DNA of 64,000 nt from contig CBFIDE010000010.1 in assembly GCA_965661265.1 (NCBI GenBank), forward strand, positions 6,357 to 70,356, in the 5' to 3' direction. The stretch is from an uncultured Schleiferiaceae bacterium. Its GTDB lineage: Bacteria > Bacteroidota > Bacteroidia > Flavobacteriales > Schleiferiaceae. This document shows, one piece after another, positions 1 to 9,288 of this stretch. Under the pieces are notes generated by a model. It searched no databases and had not been told where the DNA came from. It saw only the letters and a program-made list of their open reading frames with translations. Position 1 is the stretch's first letter; each line of letters starts with the position of its first letter. The translations under genes and the position numbers were made by a program.

Positions 1-49
1 AATTATTAGTTTTTTCCTTTATGAGACAAAAAGGAGTATTTATATTGGA

Positions 50-628
50 TTAAAGGCTGAACAGTTCTTTTATGTTGCTACTGAATAACTTTACCGCTAT
101 AGCTAGCAGAATTATACCAAAGACCTTTCTAAGTATACTTATTCCTGAAGAACCAAGTTTGCGCTCAAGAAAGCTAGCACTTTTTAAAACAATGTATACT
201 AGTATGATATTGATTAAAATGGCAACTATAATATTAGCAACTTGATATTCTGCGCGTATAGATATGAGTGAAGTCATTGTTCCCGCTCCTGCGATCAGAG
301 GAAAGGCAATAGGCACAATTGATGCGGATGTACTATTATCATCTTTGTGAAAATCACGACCTAAAATCATTTCAAAAGCAAGAATAAATAGCACAACAGA
401 TCCTGCTACAGCAAAAGAATATACGTCTACACCTAAATAACTCAAAATATTTTCTCCTAGAAATAAGAATGCAATCATTAGAGCGCCCGCTACAAGTGTG
501 GCTTTCCCACTTTCAATATGACCAACTCTTTGCCTAAGGCTTATAATTAAGGGTATAGCCCCTATAATATCGATTACAGCAAACAGTACCATAGTTGCTG
601 AGAAAATTTCCTTGAAACTGAAGCTCAT
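50..628 (-). CDS. MarC family (UPF0056) integral membrane protein
   Basis: ORF track 50..646 opens on TTG, but the first ATG at 628 gives MSFSFKEIF. The protein is multi-TM with FAVIDIIGAIPL and PLIAGAGT motifs typical of MarC. A TATATTTG box lies 15 nt upstream of ATG 628. Confidence 0.8.
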   Translation of the reverse strand: MSFSFKEIFSATMVLFAVIDIIGAIPLIISLRQRVGHIESGKATLVAGALMIAFLFLGENILSYLGVDVYSFAVAGSVVLFILAFEMILGRDFHKDDNSTSASIVPIAFPLIAGAGTMTSLISIRAEYQVANIIVAILINIILVYIVLKSASFLERKLGSSGISILRKVFGIILLAIAVKLFSSNIKELFSL

Positions 629-643
629 TGTGTAAATTTGTGG

Positions 644-651
644 CAAATATA
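644..651 (-). promoter_or_regulatory. Bacteroidota -7 box (TAnnTTTG) for the MarC gene
   Basis: The minus strand reads TATATTTG, 15 nt upstream of ATG 628. Confidence 0.4.
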
Positions 652-725
652 CCTTTAGGATTTCGATTTATTATCAAGCTCATGGATATCTTATAATAAA
701 GCACTTGCACTAATTACATCTACTT

Positions 726-1301
726 ATGATTGCCATTCAAAATACACTGATATCAGAGGATATTCTTGAAAAAGAATTTGTTTGCGATTTGTCAAAATGC
801 AAGGGAGCCTGTTGTGTTGAGGGAGATTCTGGAGCACCTTTATTGGACTCTGAAATAGAATTACTAAGCTCTAATTATGACGCTATTGAGCCATATCTCA
901 GAGAGGAAGGAAAATTAAGTATCGCGCAAAGCGGAAAGGCTGTAAAGGATGAATTAGATGGCGAATGGGTTACTCCATTAGTTAATAATGCAGAATGTGC
1001 CTATGTGATTTTTGAAAATGGAACCACTAAATGCGGAATTGAAAAAGCGTGGGAGGATGGGAAAACAGAATTTAGAAAGCCTATTTCATGTCATCTCTAT
1101 CCTATTAGAATTAGTTACTATCCTTCTTATGATGCGATCAACTACCACAAATGGGGGATTTGTGCCGATGCGTGCAGTCTAGGAGCTGAATTAAAAGTTC
1201 CGGTCTATAGATTTCTTAAGGAAGCACTGATTAGAAAGTACGGTGAAAATTGGTTTGCAGAATTGGACCTTATAGCAAGAGAGTGGAACAAGAATATCTG
1301 A
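726..1301 (+). CDS. DUF3109 family Cys-rich protein
   Basis: The N-terminal CDLSKCKGACCVEGDSGAPL motif and further conserved Cys residues match DUF3109-type proteins as I recall them. Confidence 0.7.
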   Translation: MIAIQNTLISEDILEKEFVCDLSKCKGACCVEGDSGAPLLDSEIELLSSNYDAIEPYLREEGKLSIAQSGKAVKDELDGEWVTPLVNNAECAYVIFENGTTKCGIEKAWEDGKTEFRKPISCHLYPIRISYYPSYDAINYHKWGICADACSLGAELKVPVYRFLKEALIRKYGENWFAELDLIAREWNKNI

Positions 1302-1431
1302 TTCAGAGTTTTTAACAATCAGTGTGAATTAAAATATCCATTTTAAGGTTATTTTGCCTTGCTTTTTTTATAACTCCTATGAATGCTGACCTTCGCAAAC
1401 ATTCTGCATTTTACCCTTGTTAATAAGTGAA

Positions 1432-1439
1432 TACTTTTG
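1432..1439 (+). promoter_or_regulatory. Candidate -7 box for nrdBA
   Basis: TACTTTTG lies about 180 nt upstream of the nrdB ATG, implying a long leader. Confidence 0.3.
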
Positions 1440-1472
1440 TTTACAACTAGGGGTTGACTTCAATCACTTTTA

Positions 1473-1487
1473 TCACAAGATTTGTGA
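1473..1487. promoter_or_regulatory. Perfect palindrome TCACAA-gat-TTGTGA in the nrdB upstream region
   Basis: Read directly from the sequence: 6-bp arms with a 3-bp spacer. It lies downstream of the candidate -7 box. Confidence 0.35.
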
Positions 1488-1621
1488 AGCAAGCTTGATA
1501 TACTAACTCAAGTTTTCCGGGAGAAATCTTTTAAAATACTGATAATCAGCACCTCTTCAATAATAGGGGGAAGTTATTATCACTCCCTATAGAAAGAGCT
1601 AATTAATTGAATAAGACAAAG

Positions 1622-2599
1622 ATGAGCACAGCAATTGAACCAATTTTAAGTGAGAACAAGAACAGATTTGTACTGTTTCCAATTGAACACCATGATATAT
1701 GGGAATGGTATAAAAAGTCCGAAGCCAGTTTTTGGACTGCTGAAGAAATTGATCTTCATCAGGATATTTCAGATTGGAATAATAAGCTAAATGATGATGA
1801 GCGTTATTTCATCAAACATATTCTTGCTTTTTTTGCTGCAAGCGATGGTATTGTGAATGAGAATTTAGCGGAGAACTTTGTGAATGAAGTTCAATATACT
1901 GAAGCTAAGTTTTTCTATGGTTTCCAAATAATGATGGAGAACATTCACAGTGAAACTTACTCTCTTCTTATAGATTCTTATATCAAAGATAAAGAGGATA
2001 GACATAAATTATTTACAGCAATAGATAGTTTTGAGGCTATCAAGAAGAAGGCGGACTGGGCACTAAAGTGGATTGAGTCTGATAGCTTTGCGGAAAGGCT
2101 AATCGCATTTGCTGCAGTAGAAGGTATCTTCTTTAGTGGTGCTTTCTGCTCTATTTTCTGGTTAAAGAAAAGAGGTTTGATGCCTGGATTAACCTTCTCT
2201 AACGAATTAATTTCAAGAGATGAAGGTATGCATTGTGATTTTGCTGTTCACTTGCATAATAAACATTTAGTAAATAAGGTTCCTAAAGAAAGGATCACAC
2301 AGATAATAACAGAAGCTCTTGATATAGAAAGAGAGTTTATCACAGAATCATTACCAGTAAATCTTATTGGAATGAATTCTAAGTTAATGACACAATACTT
2401 AGAGTTTGTAGCAGATAGATTATTAGTTGAGCTAAAATGTGATAAGATTTATAATGTAGAGAATCCTTTTGATTTTATGGAGCTAATAAGCTTAGAAGGA
2501 AAGACAAATTTCTTTGAAAAGAGAGTTGGAGAGTATCAAAAAAGTGGTGTGGTTCAAGGGCAAGAATCAAATACTATTTCATTTGATTCAGATTTTTAA
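1622..2599 (+). CDS. nrdB: Ribonucleoside-diphosphate reductase beta subunit (class Ia, eukaryote-like R2)
   Basis: Carries [15 protein letters not shown] and [17 protein letters not shown] di-iron/tyrosyl radical motifs. ATG 1622 lies in frame inside the TTG-opened ORF 1607..2599. Confidence 0.95.
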   Translation: MSTAIEPILSENKNRFVLFPIEHHDIWEWYKKSEASFWTAEEIDLHQDISDWNNKLNDDERYFIKHILAFFAASDGIVNENLAENFVNEVQYTEAKFFYGFQIMMENIHSETYSLLIDSYIKDKEDRHKLFTAIDSFEAIKKKADWALKWIESDSFAERLIAFAAVEGIFFSGAFCSIFWLKKRGLMPGLTFSNELISRDEGMHCDFAVHLHNKHLVNKVPKERITQIITEALDIEREFITESLPVNLIGMNSKLMTQYLEFVADRLLVELKCDKIYNVENPFDFMELISLEGKTNFFEKRVGEYQKSGVVQGQESNTISFDSDF

Positions 2600-2639
2600 C
2601 CAAAACCAAGCTGTACCCAAACAAACAAAATTTTAGACT

Positions 2640-5117
2640 ATGTATGTATTAAAAAGAGACGGAAGAAAAGAGACTGTAAAGTTTGACAAAATTACTGCGA
2701 GAATTCAGAAACTCTGCTATGGATTAAGTCCGTTTGTAAATCCTACTACAGTTGCCATGAAGGTAATTGAAGGTATTTATGAAGGAGTGTCAACTTCAGA
2801 ATTGGATAGCCTGGCTGCAGAAGTTTCTGCATCTATGACTACTCGTCACCCAGATTATGCTCAGCTAGCCGCTAGAATTGCGGTATCTAATTTGCATAAG
2901 AATACCAATAAGTCTTTTTCAGAGACAATGAAAAGCTTACATGAGTATGTAAACCCAAAAACAGGATTACATTCTCAGCTTATTTCTGATGAGGTTTATG
3001 AAATTATTCAGAAAAATGCAGAAACATTAGACTCTACCTTAATTTATGATAGAGATTTTGGATATGATTACTTTGGATTTAAAACCTTAGAAAGATCCTA
3101 CCTTTTAAGAATGAACGGTCAAATTTCTGAGAGACCACAGCATATGTTAATGAGAGTTTCATTAGGAATTCATGGTGAAGACCTTGAGGCAGCCTTTGAA
3201 ACTTATGACCTTATGAGTAAGAAGTACTTTACTCATGCTACACCTACTTTATTCAATTCAGGAACTCCAAAACCACAAATGTCTTCATGTTTCTTATTGA
3301 CCATGAAAGATGATAGTATCGATGGAATTTACGATACCTTAAAGCAGTGTGCTAAGATTTCACAAAGCGCTGGAGGAATTGGTTTGTCTATTCACGATGT
3401 TAGAGCTACCGGCTCCTACATCAGAGGTACAAACGGTACTTCAAACGGTATTGTGCCGATGCTTAGGGTGTTTAATGATACTGCAAGATATGTTGACCAA
3501 GGCGGTGGAAAAAGGAAAGGATCATTCGCAATTTACCTGGAGCCATGGCATGCTGATGTCTTAGATTTTTTGGACTTAAGAAAAAATCATGGTAAAGAAG
3601 AAATGCGTGCCCGCGATTTGTTTTACGCACTTTGGATTCCGGATTTATTCATGAAGAGAGTAAAAGAGGACGGAATGTGGACTCTTATGGACCCTAATGA
3701 AAGCGCTGGTTTATGTGACGTTCATAGTGAAGAATTTGAGAAGCTTTATACTCAGTATGAAGCCGAAGGAAAAGCGAGAAAAACGATCAAAGCACGTGAG
3801 CTATGGGGTAAAATCATGGAATCTCAAATTGAAACTGGTACCCCTTATATGTTGTATAAAGACGCTGCTAATAGCAAGTCTAATCAACAGAATTTAGGAA
3901 CTATAAGATCTTCTAACCTTTGTACTGAGATTATAGAGTACACTGCTCCAGACGAGGTGGCGGTTTGTAACCTAGCCTCTATAGCTTTACCAATGTATGT
4001 AGAAGACGGGAAGTTTGATCATGATAAACTGTTTAAAGTAACTTATAAGGTGACTAAGAACTTAAATAGAATTATTGATAGAAATTATTATCCTGTAGCT
4101 GAAGCTAGAAATTCAAACATGAGACATCGTCCAGTTGGTTTAGGAGTTCAAGGTTTGGCAGATACTTTTATCAAGCTTAGGATGCCATTTACTAGCGAAG
4201 AAGCTAAGGCTTTAAATAAAGATATTTTTGAAACAATCTATTATGCATCTCTTTGTGCATCTAAAGATGAGGCAATTCAAGACGGAGCTTACGAAAGTTA
4301 TGAAGGATCTCCAATAAGCCAAGGTAAATTCCAGTTTAACTTATGGGGTGTTGATGATGCTCAATTAAGCGGAAGATGGGATTGGTCTAGTTTGAGATCT
4401 GAAATTAAAGAACATGGTGTTAGAAATTCATTATTGTTAGCTCCAATGCCTACAGCTAGTACTTCTCAAATACTTGGAAACAATGAGTGCTTTGAGCCTT
4501 ACACTAGTAATATCTATACAAGAAGAGTACTTAGCGGAGAGTTTGTTGTAGTTAATAAGCACTTACTTCTAGATCTTGTAAACCTTGGACTTTGGAATGA
4601 AGAACTTAAGAATGATATCATTAGAGCTAATGGCTCTATTCAACATATCGATTCAATTCCTGATAACATCAAGGAAATGTATAAGACTGTATGGGAGCTT
4701 AGTATGAAAGATATTATTGATATGTCTGCGGAAAGAGGTCACTTTATTGATCAGTCTCAGTCTCTTAACTTATTCATGGAGAACCCAAATATCGGCAAAC
4801 TAACTTCTATGCATTTCTATGCTTGGGAGAAAGGATTGAAGACCGGGATGTATTACCTAAGAACTAAGGCAGCCTCTGAAGCCATTAAGTTTACTGTTCA
4901 AAAGCAGTCAAAATCTGAGGTTGAGCCTGTAACAGAAAGCAAGCAAGTTGAGGAAATTCAAACTAAAGAAACGGAATCTCCTGCTTCAGCTCCAGCAACT
5001 GCAATTGCAGAACAAAGGGTGGCCGAAATGGCAAATGCGGTTAACTCTTTTTCAGAAGAAGAGATTATAGCGTGTTCAATTGATAATCCTGATGATTGTG
5101 AAGCTTGTGGTTCATAA
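2640..5117 (+). CDS. nrdA: Ribonucleoside-diphosphate reductase alpha subunit (class Ia)
   Basis: The 825-aa product has an N-terminal ATP-cone ([16 protein letters not shown]), the catalytic SNLCTEI motif, and a C-terminal CEAC redox tail. Confidence 0.97.
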   Translation: MYVLKRDGRKETVKFDKITARIQKLCYGLSPFVNPTTVAMKVIEGIYEGVSTSELDSLAAEVSASMTTRHPDYAQLAARIAVSNLHKNTNKSFSETMKSLHEYVNPKTGLHSQLISDEVYEIIQKNAETLDSTLIYDRDFGYDYFGFKTLERSYLLRMNGQISERPQHMLMRVSLGIHGEDLEAAFETYDLMSKKYFTHATPTLFNSGTPKPQMSSCFLLTMKDDSIDGIYDTLKQCAKISQSAGGIGLSIHDVRATGSYIRGTNGTSNGIVPMLRVFNDTARYVDQGGGKRKGSFAIYLEPWHADVLDFLDLRKNHGKEEMRARDLFYALWIPDLFMKRVKEDGMWTLMDPNESAGLCDVHSEEFEKLYTQYEAEGKARKTIKARELWGKIMESQIETGTPYMLYKDAANSKSNQQNLGTIRSSNLCTEIIEYTAPDEVAVCNLASIALPMYVEDGKFDHDKLFKVTYKVTKNLNRIIDRNYYPVAEARNSNMRHRPVGLGVQGLADTFIKLRMPFTSEEAKALNKDIFETIYYASLCASKDEAIQDGAYESYEGSPISQGKFQFNLWGVDDAQLSGRWDWSSLRSEIKEHGVRNSLLLAPMPTASTSQILGNNECFEPYTSNIYTRRVLSGEFVVVNKHLLLDLVNLGLWNEELKNDIIRANGSIQHIDSIPDNIKEMYKTVWELSMKDIIDMSAERGHFIDQSQSLNLFMENPNIGKLTSMHFYAWEKGLKTGMYYLRTKAASEAIKFTVQKQSKSEVEPVTESKQVEEIQTKETESPASAPATAIAEQRVAEMANAVNSFSEEEIIACSIDNPDDCEACGS

Positions 5118-5592
5118 TTTGAAAAATTGTAGAATAAAGAGCCGACTATTGTCGGCTCTTTTTGTTTCAACTCTGCTGTTGTTGAGTAATGTTGTCTTGG
5201 CCCAAAGTCAACAAATGGATAGCCAGCAGTTTGTGTTAAACGCTCTGTTGTTAGAGAATGCAAGTATCAATGGAGATGTTCATTTCTTGCTGATGAAGAA
5301 GCCATGGGAGGCTATAGCTTATATTGACAGCGCCGCAGCAAATTCAGTTTTGAAAGAAGCGGTACCAGATGAATATACCTTTGATAAAGATAAATTGACA
5401 ATAGTCTTATCAAGCAGCCAAGAAGGTAGTTCTAGGAATGAACAAGATTTAAATTATTGTTTAGAATCTAACTCAATCGTCATCTATAAAGATTCAAAAG
5501 CACTAAATTTGGTTTGGCAAATCATCTACCTTGATTCTGATTATCTAGTATTGGATATTGATGGTTTGCGATTGTTTTTAATACATCCTTAA
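5080..5592 (+). CDS. Hypothetical protein, possibly secreted; start uncertain
   Basis: ORF track. ATG 5080 overlaps the nrdA 3' end and reads through the nrdA terminator hairpin. Alternative starts are TTG 5149 ([18 protein letters not shown], signal-like) or ATG 5215. I recognise no family. Confidence 0.45.
   Translation: MIILMIVKLVVHNLKNCRIKSRLLSALFVSTLLLLSNVVLAQSQQMDSQQFVLNALLLENASINGDVHFLLMKKPWEAIAYIDSAAANSVLKEAVPDEYTFDKDKLTIVLSSSQEGSSRNEQDLNYCLESNSIVIYKDSKALNLVWQIIYLDSDYLVLDIDGLRLFLIHP
5136..5168 (+). terminator. Rho-independent terminator after nrdA
   Basis: aaagagccgac-tatt-gtcggctcttt forms an 11-bp stem followed by a T-tract, 19 nt after the nrdA stop. Confidence 0.8.
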
Positions 5593-5603
5593 ATAAAGGA
5601 CTT

Positions 5604-6008
5604 ATGTCTGGAGATAAACATAATTTAGAAATCGCTAAATTGCAAAAGGAGATAGAGACTTATCTTGGTTTAAGCTCAACTCAAATGATATTTGATTTCC
5701 AGAGCGTAAATAATGGAATGAGATTGGATGTCATAACTGTCAATTCAAGACACAACCAATCTTTTCTATTTCATAGTACTGAAGGATATAGTAAGATTGA
5801 TGCTCTTGTTCAAATGAAGGAGTATGTAATCATTCATAGAGAGAAAAAAAACTCCTATACTATTCAGTGGTCCGTTCAAGGAGAGAATGAACTTCATACC
5901 TCTTATTTTAGAGCCAAGGATATTCCTGAGGCATTAGACAAGCTGCATTACGGTAGGGATCCCAACTCAATAACTATCTTCAGCGTCGTTCTAAATCCAA
6001 TTGCCTAG
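5604..6008 (+). CDS. Hypothetical protein
   Basis: A 134-aa ORF starting 11 nt after the previous ORF on the same strand. I recognise no motif. Confidence 0.5.
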   Translation: MSGDKHNLEIAKLQKEIETYLGLSSTQMIFDFQSVNNGMRLDVITVNSRHNQSFLFHSTEGYSKIDALVQMKEYVIIHREKKNSYTIQWSVQGENELHTSYFRAKDIPEALDKLHYGRDPNSITIFSVVLNPIA

Positions 6009-6051
6009 ATTTTTTTTCTTAACTTGTTAGGAGTAAACAAATCCAAACCCA

Positions 6052-6210
6052 ATGAATAGAGCACCAAAAAGAGTTGTCCGTCAAAGAGCTCGAAGGATAA
6101 AAAAGGCCACCAAGGCCAAGGCTACAGCAAAAGATTATCTACAGAATGCATTAGTTATTCTTGTGATCGCAGTAATTTTAGCAGCAGCTCTGTATCTAAC
6201 GCAGTCCTAA
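6052..6210 (+). CDS. Candidate small tail-anchored membrane protein (52 aa)
   Basis: My own translation is MNRAPKRVVRQRARRIKKATKAKATAKDYLQNALVILVIAVILAAALYLTQS. It has an Arg/Lys-rich N-terminal half and one C-terminal TM helix. It is absent from the ORF track (too short). Confidence 0.35.
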   Translation: MNRAPKRVVRQRARRIKKATKAKATAKDYLQNALVILVIAVILAAALYLTQS

Positions 6211-6318
6211 TTTTTTTAATAATTTTTACGTATTTGAGTGTAGGAAAATTCAGTCAAATAATTGATAATCAGTTTTTTATAAAATTTTAAGTATATTTAT
6301 GAAATAAAACCAAACAAT

Positions 6319-6414
6319 ATGCAAGAAGCAAAAACAGATTCAAGAGTTCAGAAATTCTGTGTGGTAGCGATTATTTTGGCAATAGTAAGCTTTGCTTTAA
6401 TAATGACAACCTAA
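6319..6414 (+). CDS. Candidate small membrane peptide (31 aa)
   Basis: My own translation is MQEAKTDSRVQKFCVVAIILAIVSFALIMTT, with a short polar head and one TM helix. Its upstream context aaaaccaaac resembles that of the 6052 ORF (aaatccaaac). Confidence 0.25.
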   Translation: MQEAKTDSRVQKFCVVAIILAIVSFALIMTT

Positions 6415-6419
6415 GAGTT

Positions 6420-7436
6420 TTAAATAAAAGGGTCTTCCTCTTTAATTTTTTGAACCAATCGATTTACCTTATTCGCGTAAACCGTAAAAAACTTGTTGCG
6501 ATCCTTATCAGTGGCAGTTTTTAAGTGAACGCATCTTTCGGTTTGGGCCTTAAGATACTTCTCCATATCGCAAGCCAAATCTTGATCAAAGCTATGCAGA
6601 TAGTTAAGGCCTGCATATGGAATGATATAGACAAGTTTGCTCCTATCGACCTTGGCTAATATGTGATTGTCCATCAATAGAATTTCGTGAAAATATATAT
6701 TGCAATCGCCATCACTCTCATAGGTTTTTATTTTAGAATTTAGTCCTGATTTTTTACCGGCGCTCGCTTGAATGCTAATAAGTCTTAGCATATCCATTAT
6801 TTCATCACAAATGGTTAATAGAATATCTTTGTCAGTAATATAGCCTGAGCTAAAGGCAAATTCCATTTGTCGAATAATGCTATGCAGGCTAGTTTCATTC
6901 CAAATTTCAATAGAATTGATTTTTTGATATTCAAGATGTTGCTGATGTGCGATGTCTAAAAATTCTTGAGGAATCTCTCTCATTTCTATAGGCCTCCCAT
7001 TAATTTTCAGTCCATACATTGATCTTAGCCAAATGAATATTTTGAATTTGGCTAATAAAGGAAACCCAAAATGATAGAAAATGGGAACTTCTTTTGCGCT
7101 ATAATACATGAAGTGATCCTCATAGGCCGAGATGTTTTGCAATTGAACAAGGCTAGCCTCTAAATAGATTCTATATTTATCAAGACTATCTATTCCAGGT
7201 CTGTGAAAAAATAAGGAAGCATTGGCCTGCTCATTTGTAAGGCTAGATAAAGAAATACCAAATCGTTGTGCCAGCTTTATTCCTTCGTCAAATGTTAAAG
7301 CGGTGTTTAGCCTCATACGCCTATAGACGCTATCAGTTGATGTTCCTAAAATTTCAGCTATGCAGGGCACAATAGAGTTTTTATCCCCTATTATTTCTTC
7401 AATTCTCTTAAAAATTGCTTCTTGAAAGTGGATCAT
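6420..7436 (-). CDS. HTH transcriptional regulator (BetR-N-like helix-turn-helix plus large C-terminal domain)
   Basis: The N-terminal IAEILGTSTDSVYRRMRLNTALTFDEGIKLAQRFGISL is an HTH pattern seen in Bacteroidota BetR-domain regulators. Confidence 0.6.
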   Translation of the reverse strand: MIHFQEAIFKRIEEIIGDKNSIVPCIAEILGTSTDSVYRRMRLNTALTFDEGIKLAQRFGISLSSLTNEQANASLFFHRPGIDSLDKYRIYLEASLVQLQNISAYEDHFMYYSAKEVPIFYHFGFPLLAKFKIFIWLRSMYGLKINGRPIEMREIPQEFLDIAHQQHLEYQKINSIEIWNETSLHSIIRQMEFAFSSGYITDKDILLTICDEIMDMLRLISIQASAGKKSGLNSKIKTYESDGDCNIYFHEILLMDNHILAKVDRSKLVYIIPYAGLNYLHSFDQDLACDMEKYLKAQTERCVHLKTATDKDRNKFFTVYANKVNRLVQKIKEEDPFI

Positions 7437-7676
7437 AATACTTGGTTTGAATCTTAAAGCTAGTTAAAATCTTTAGTAAGACGATTAAAAAACAAGGAAA
7501 CTTATTGTATATGAGTTACTTACATATGGTTTAGGTAAAAGTGGTAATCTAAAACCGTTGTTTTGTGCTTATGTATATTATTGATATTCAATGCTATTGT
7601 ATGTATTTGTGTGCTTTTAGTTAGAATTAAAATTCTGCCAACATTTTTTTAAGCTTTTTAAGCGAGCTCTAATTCT

Positions 7677-7684
7677 TAATTTTG
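7677..7684 (+). promoter_or_regulatory. Candidate -7 box for the M20 peptidase gene
   Basis: TAATTTTG ends 4 nt before ATG 7689. Confidence 0.4.
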
Positions 7685-7688
7685 TCAA

Positions 7689-9140
7689 ATGAAAAATATT
7701 CTAAGGTTGATAGTCCTATTATTCGTATCAGGGCTGCTAATAATTTTATCAAACTATTTTTTACAAGCTTCTACTGTTTATGATGGAGCTGTAAAACTTG
7801 TTAAAGGCAATTCTAGCCCTGTATTTCCTTCACGCCTTATAGAATGTAAGACCATTAGTCATAAAAAAGGAATGATTGATAGCGCTGCTTTTGCTGACTT
7901 AACGTCAATAGTAAAAGAGAATTGTCCAAACTTGAGTGCATATGCCGATTGGGAGTTATTTGAAAATCATAGCTTTTTAATTCATATCGATGGAGCTGAT
8001 GCTGATTTAAAGCCTCTTGTATTATTGGCGCATATGGATGTAGTTCCGGTTCCAAAAACTAGTTATTCAGATTGGGAGCACCCTCCTTTTAAAGGAGTGA
8101 TTGATGACGGCTATATTTGGGGAAGAGGCGCTCTTGATGATAAAACTAGTTTTGCCGCCATTCTTCAGGCTGTCGAAAATCTCTTAAAGGATTCGTTTGA
8201 ATTTAATAGATCAGTTTATCTTGTTTTTGGCCATGATGAAGAAATAGGAGGAACAGGAGCTAAGGCGATTTCCGAGTATTTAGAGGAGAAGGGTGTAGAA
8301 GCTGAAATAGTATTGGATGAAGGAGGTTATTATACCAAAGGATTGATTCCAGGTATTGATGAGACCATTGCATTAGTTGGACTAGCAGAGAAGGGATATA
8401 TGAGTATTGACTTAGTTGTCAATACAGAAGCTGGGCACAGCTCAATGCCATCCTATCAATCATCTTTAGAAGTGTTAATTGATGCGGTAAAGAAATTGAG
8501 AGACAATCCCTTTGAGCCAAGAATTAGCGAACCTTTAGACGGCTTTATAAAAGAAGTTGGACCTAATTTGCCTTTTGCCCAGTCTTTGGCTTTTTCTAAT
8601 AGGTGGTTGTTTGAATCTCTAATTTTAAATGCATATTCCAAAGGTTCCTCCAGCTTTGCTCTAGTGCATACTACACAAACGCCAACTATTTTTAAATCGG
8701 GACTAAAAGATAATGTTATCCCCAAAAGGGCGATAGCTACAATTAATTATAGATTGCTGCCAGGAGATCTGCCAGCTGATGTAATTGAAAGAGTTAAGGA
8801 TTTAATTGATGATGACAGGGTGAAAATTCAGGCGCACGGGGGAATGGATCCCGTTAAGGCCTCTGAAGTAAGTCCTTATAACTCTATTAATTATAGAAAA
8901 CTTGCAAGCCTTATTTCAGCTTCAAGAGAGAATTGCGTGGTTGCTCCTTATTTAATGATTGGCGCTTCAGATGCTCGTTATTTTTATAATATATCTGATG
9001 AAGTTTATAGATTCTCCCCTTATTTAATTGGAGCAGAAGACGTTTCAAGAATACATGGTGTTAACGAACGAATATCCATAAGCGATTATAATTCCTCTGT
9101 GAATTTTTATATGAGCCTTATTCACACCTTCAACGAATAG
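7689..9140 (+). CDS. M20/M25/M40 family metallopeptidase
   Basis: Carries AHMDVVPV, GRGALDDK and GHDEEIGG metal-binding motifs, plus an N-terminal TM/signal anchor. Confidence 0.9.
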   Translation: MKNILRLIVLLFVSGLLIILSNYFLQASTVYDGAVKLVKGNSSPVFPSRLIECKTISHKKGMIDSAAFADLTSIVKENCPNLSAYADWELFENHSFLIHIDGADADLKPLVLLAHMDVVPVPKTSYSDWEHPPFKGVIDDGYIWGRGALDDKTSFAAILQAVENLLKDSFEFNRSVYLVFGHDEEIGGTGAKAISEYLEEKGVEAEIVLDEGGYYTKGLIPGIDETIALVGLAEKGYMSIDLVVNTEAGHSSMPSYQSSLEVLIDAVKKLRDNPFEPRISEPLDGFIKEVGPNLPFAQSLAFSNRWLFESLILNAYSKGSSSFALVHTTQTPTIFKSGLKDNVIPKRAIATINYRLLPGDLPADVIERVKDLIDDDRVKIQAHGGMDPVKASEVSPYNSINYRKLASLISASRENCVVAPYLMIGASDARYFYNISDEVYRFSPYLIGAEDVSRIHGVNERISISDYNSSVNFYMSLIHTFNE

Positions 9141-9153
9141 TTATTGCGTAAAC

Positions 9154-9199
9154 GGAATGATTCCTATCTTAGGAATAAAATTCCATATTCGGAATCATT
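9154..9199. repeat. Nested hairpin built from three GGAAT/ATTCC units
   Basis: The units are GGAATgATTCC (9154-9164), GGAATaaaATTCC (9172-9184) and GGAATCATT (9191-9199). AATGATTCC at 9156-9164 is the exact reverse complement of 9191-9199. Confidence 0.6.
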
Positions 9200-9288
9200 T
9201 AAAGACTTAGGTGTTTGGTAAATTGTTGATATACACATTTGTGTGTTTTGATATTAGGTTTGTGTTCAGCATGGAAAATAGCTATATC

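Noticed and set aside
1473-1487. Reading the nrdB-leader palindrome as a CRP/FNR-type site
   Set aside because: The CRP consensus is TGTGA-N6-TCACA. Here the half-sites are in the opposite order (TCACA...TGTGA) with different spacing, so I report it only as an unassigned palindrome.
3349-3897. ORFs 3349..3564 and 3697..3897 (+) inside nrdA in other frames
   Set aside because: They are fully embedded in a strongly supported 825-aa conserved CDS. Their products are low-complexity with no motifs, which is typical of alternate-frame noise.
4958-5263. Minus-strand ORF of 101 aa across the nrdA 3' end
   Set aside because: It is antisense to the nrdA tail and reads through the terminator hairpin. 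It has no recognisable features and no upstream promoter box.
7855-8725. Minus-strand ORFs 7855..8055 and 8456..8725 inside the M20 peptidase gene
   Set aside because: They are antisense to a well-supported CDS, short, and without motifs.
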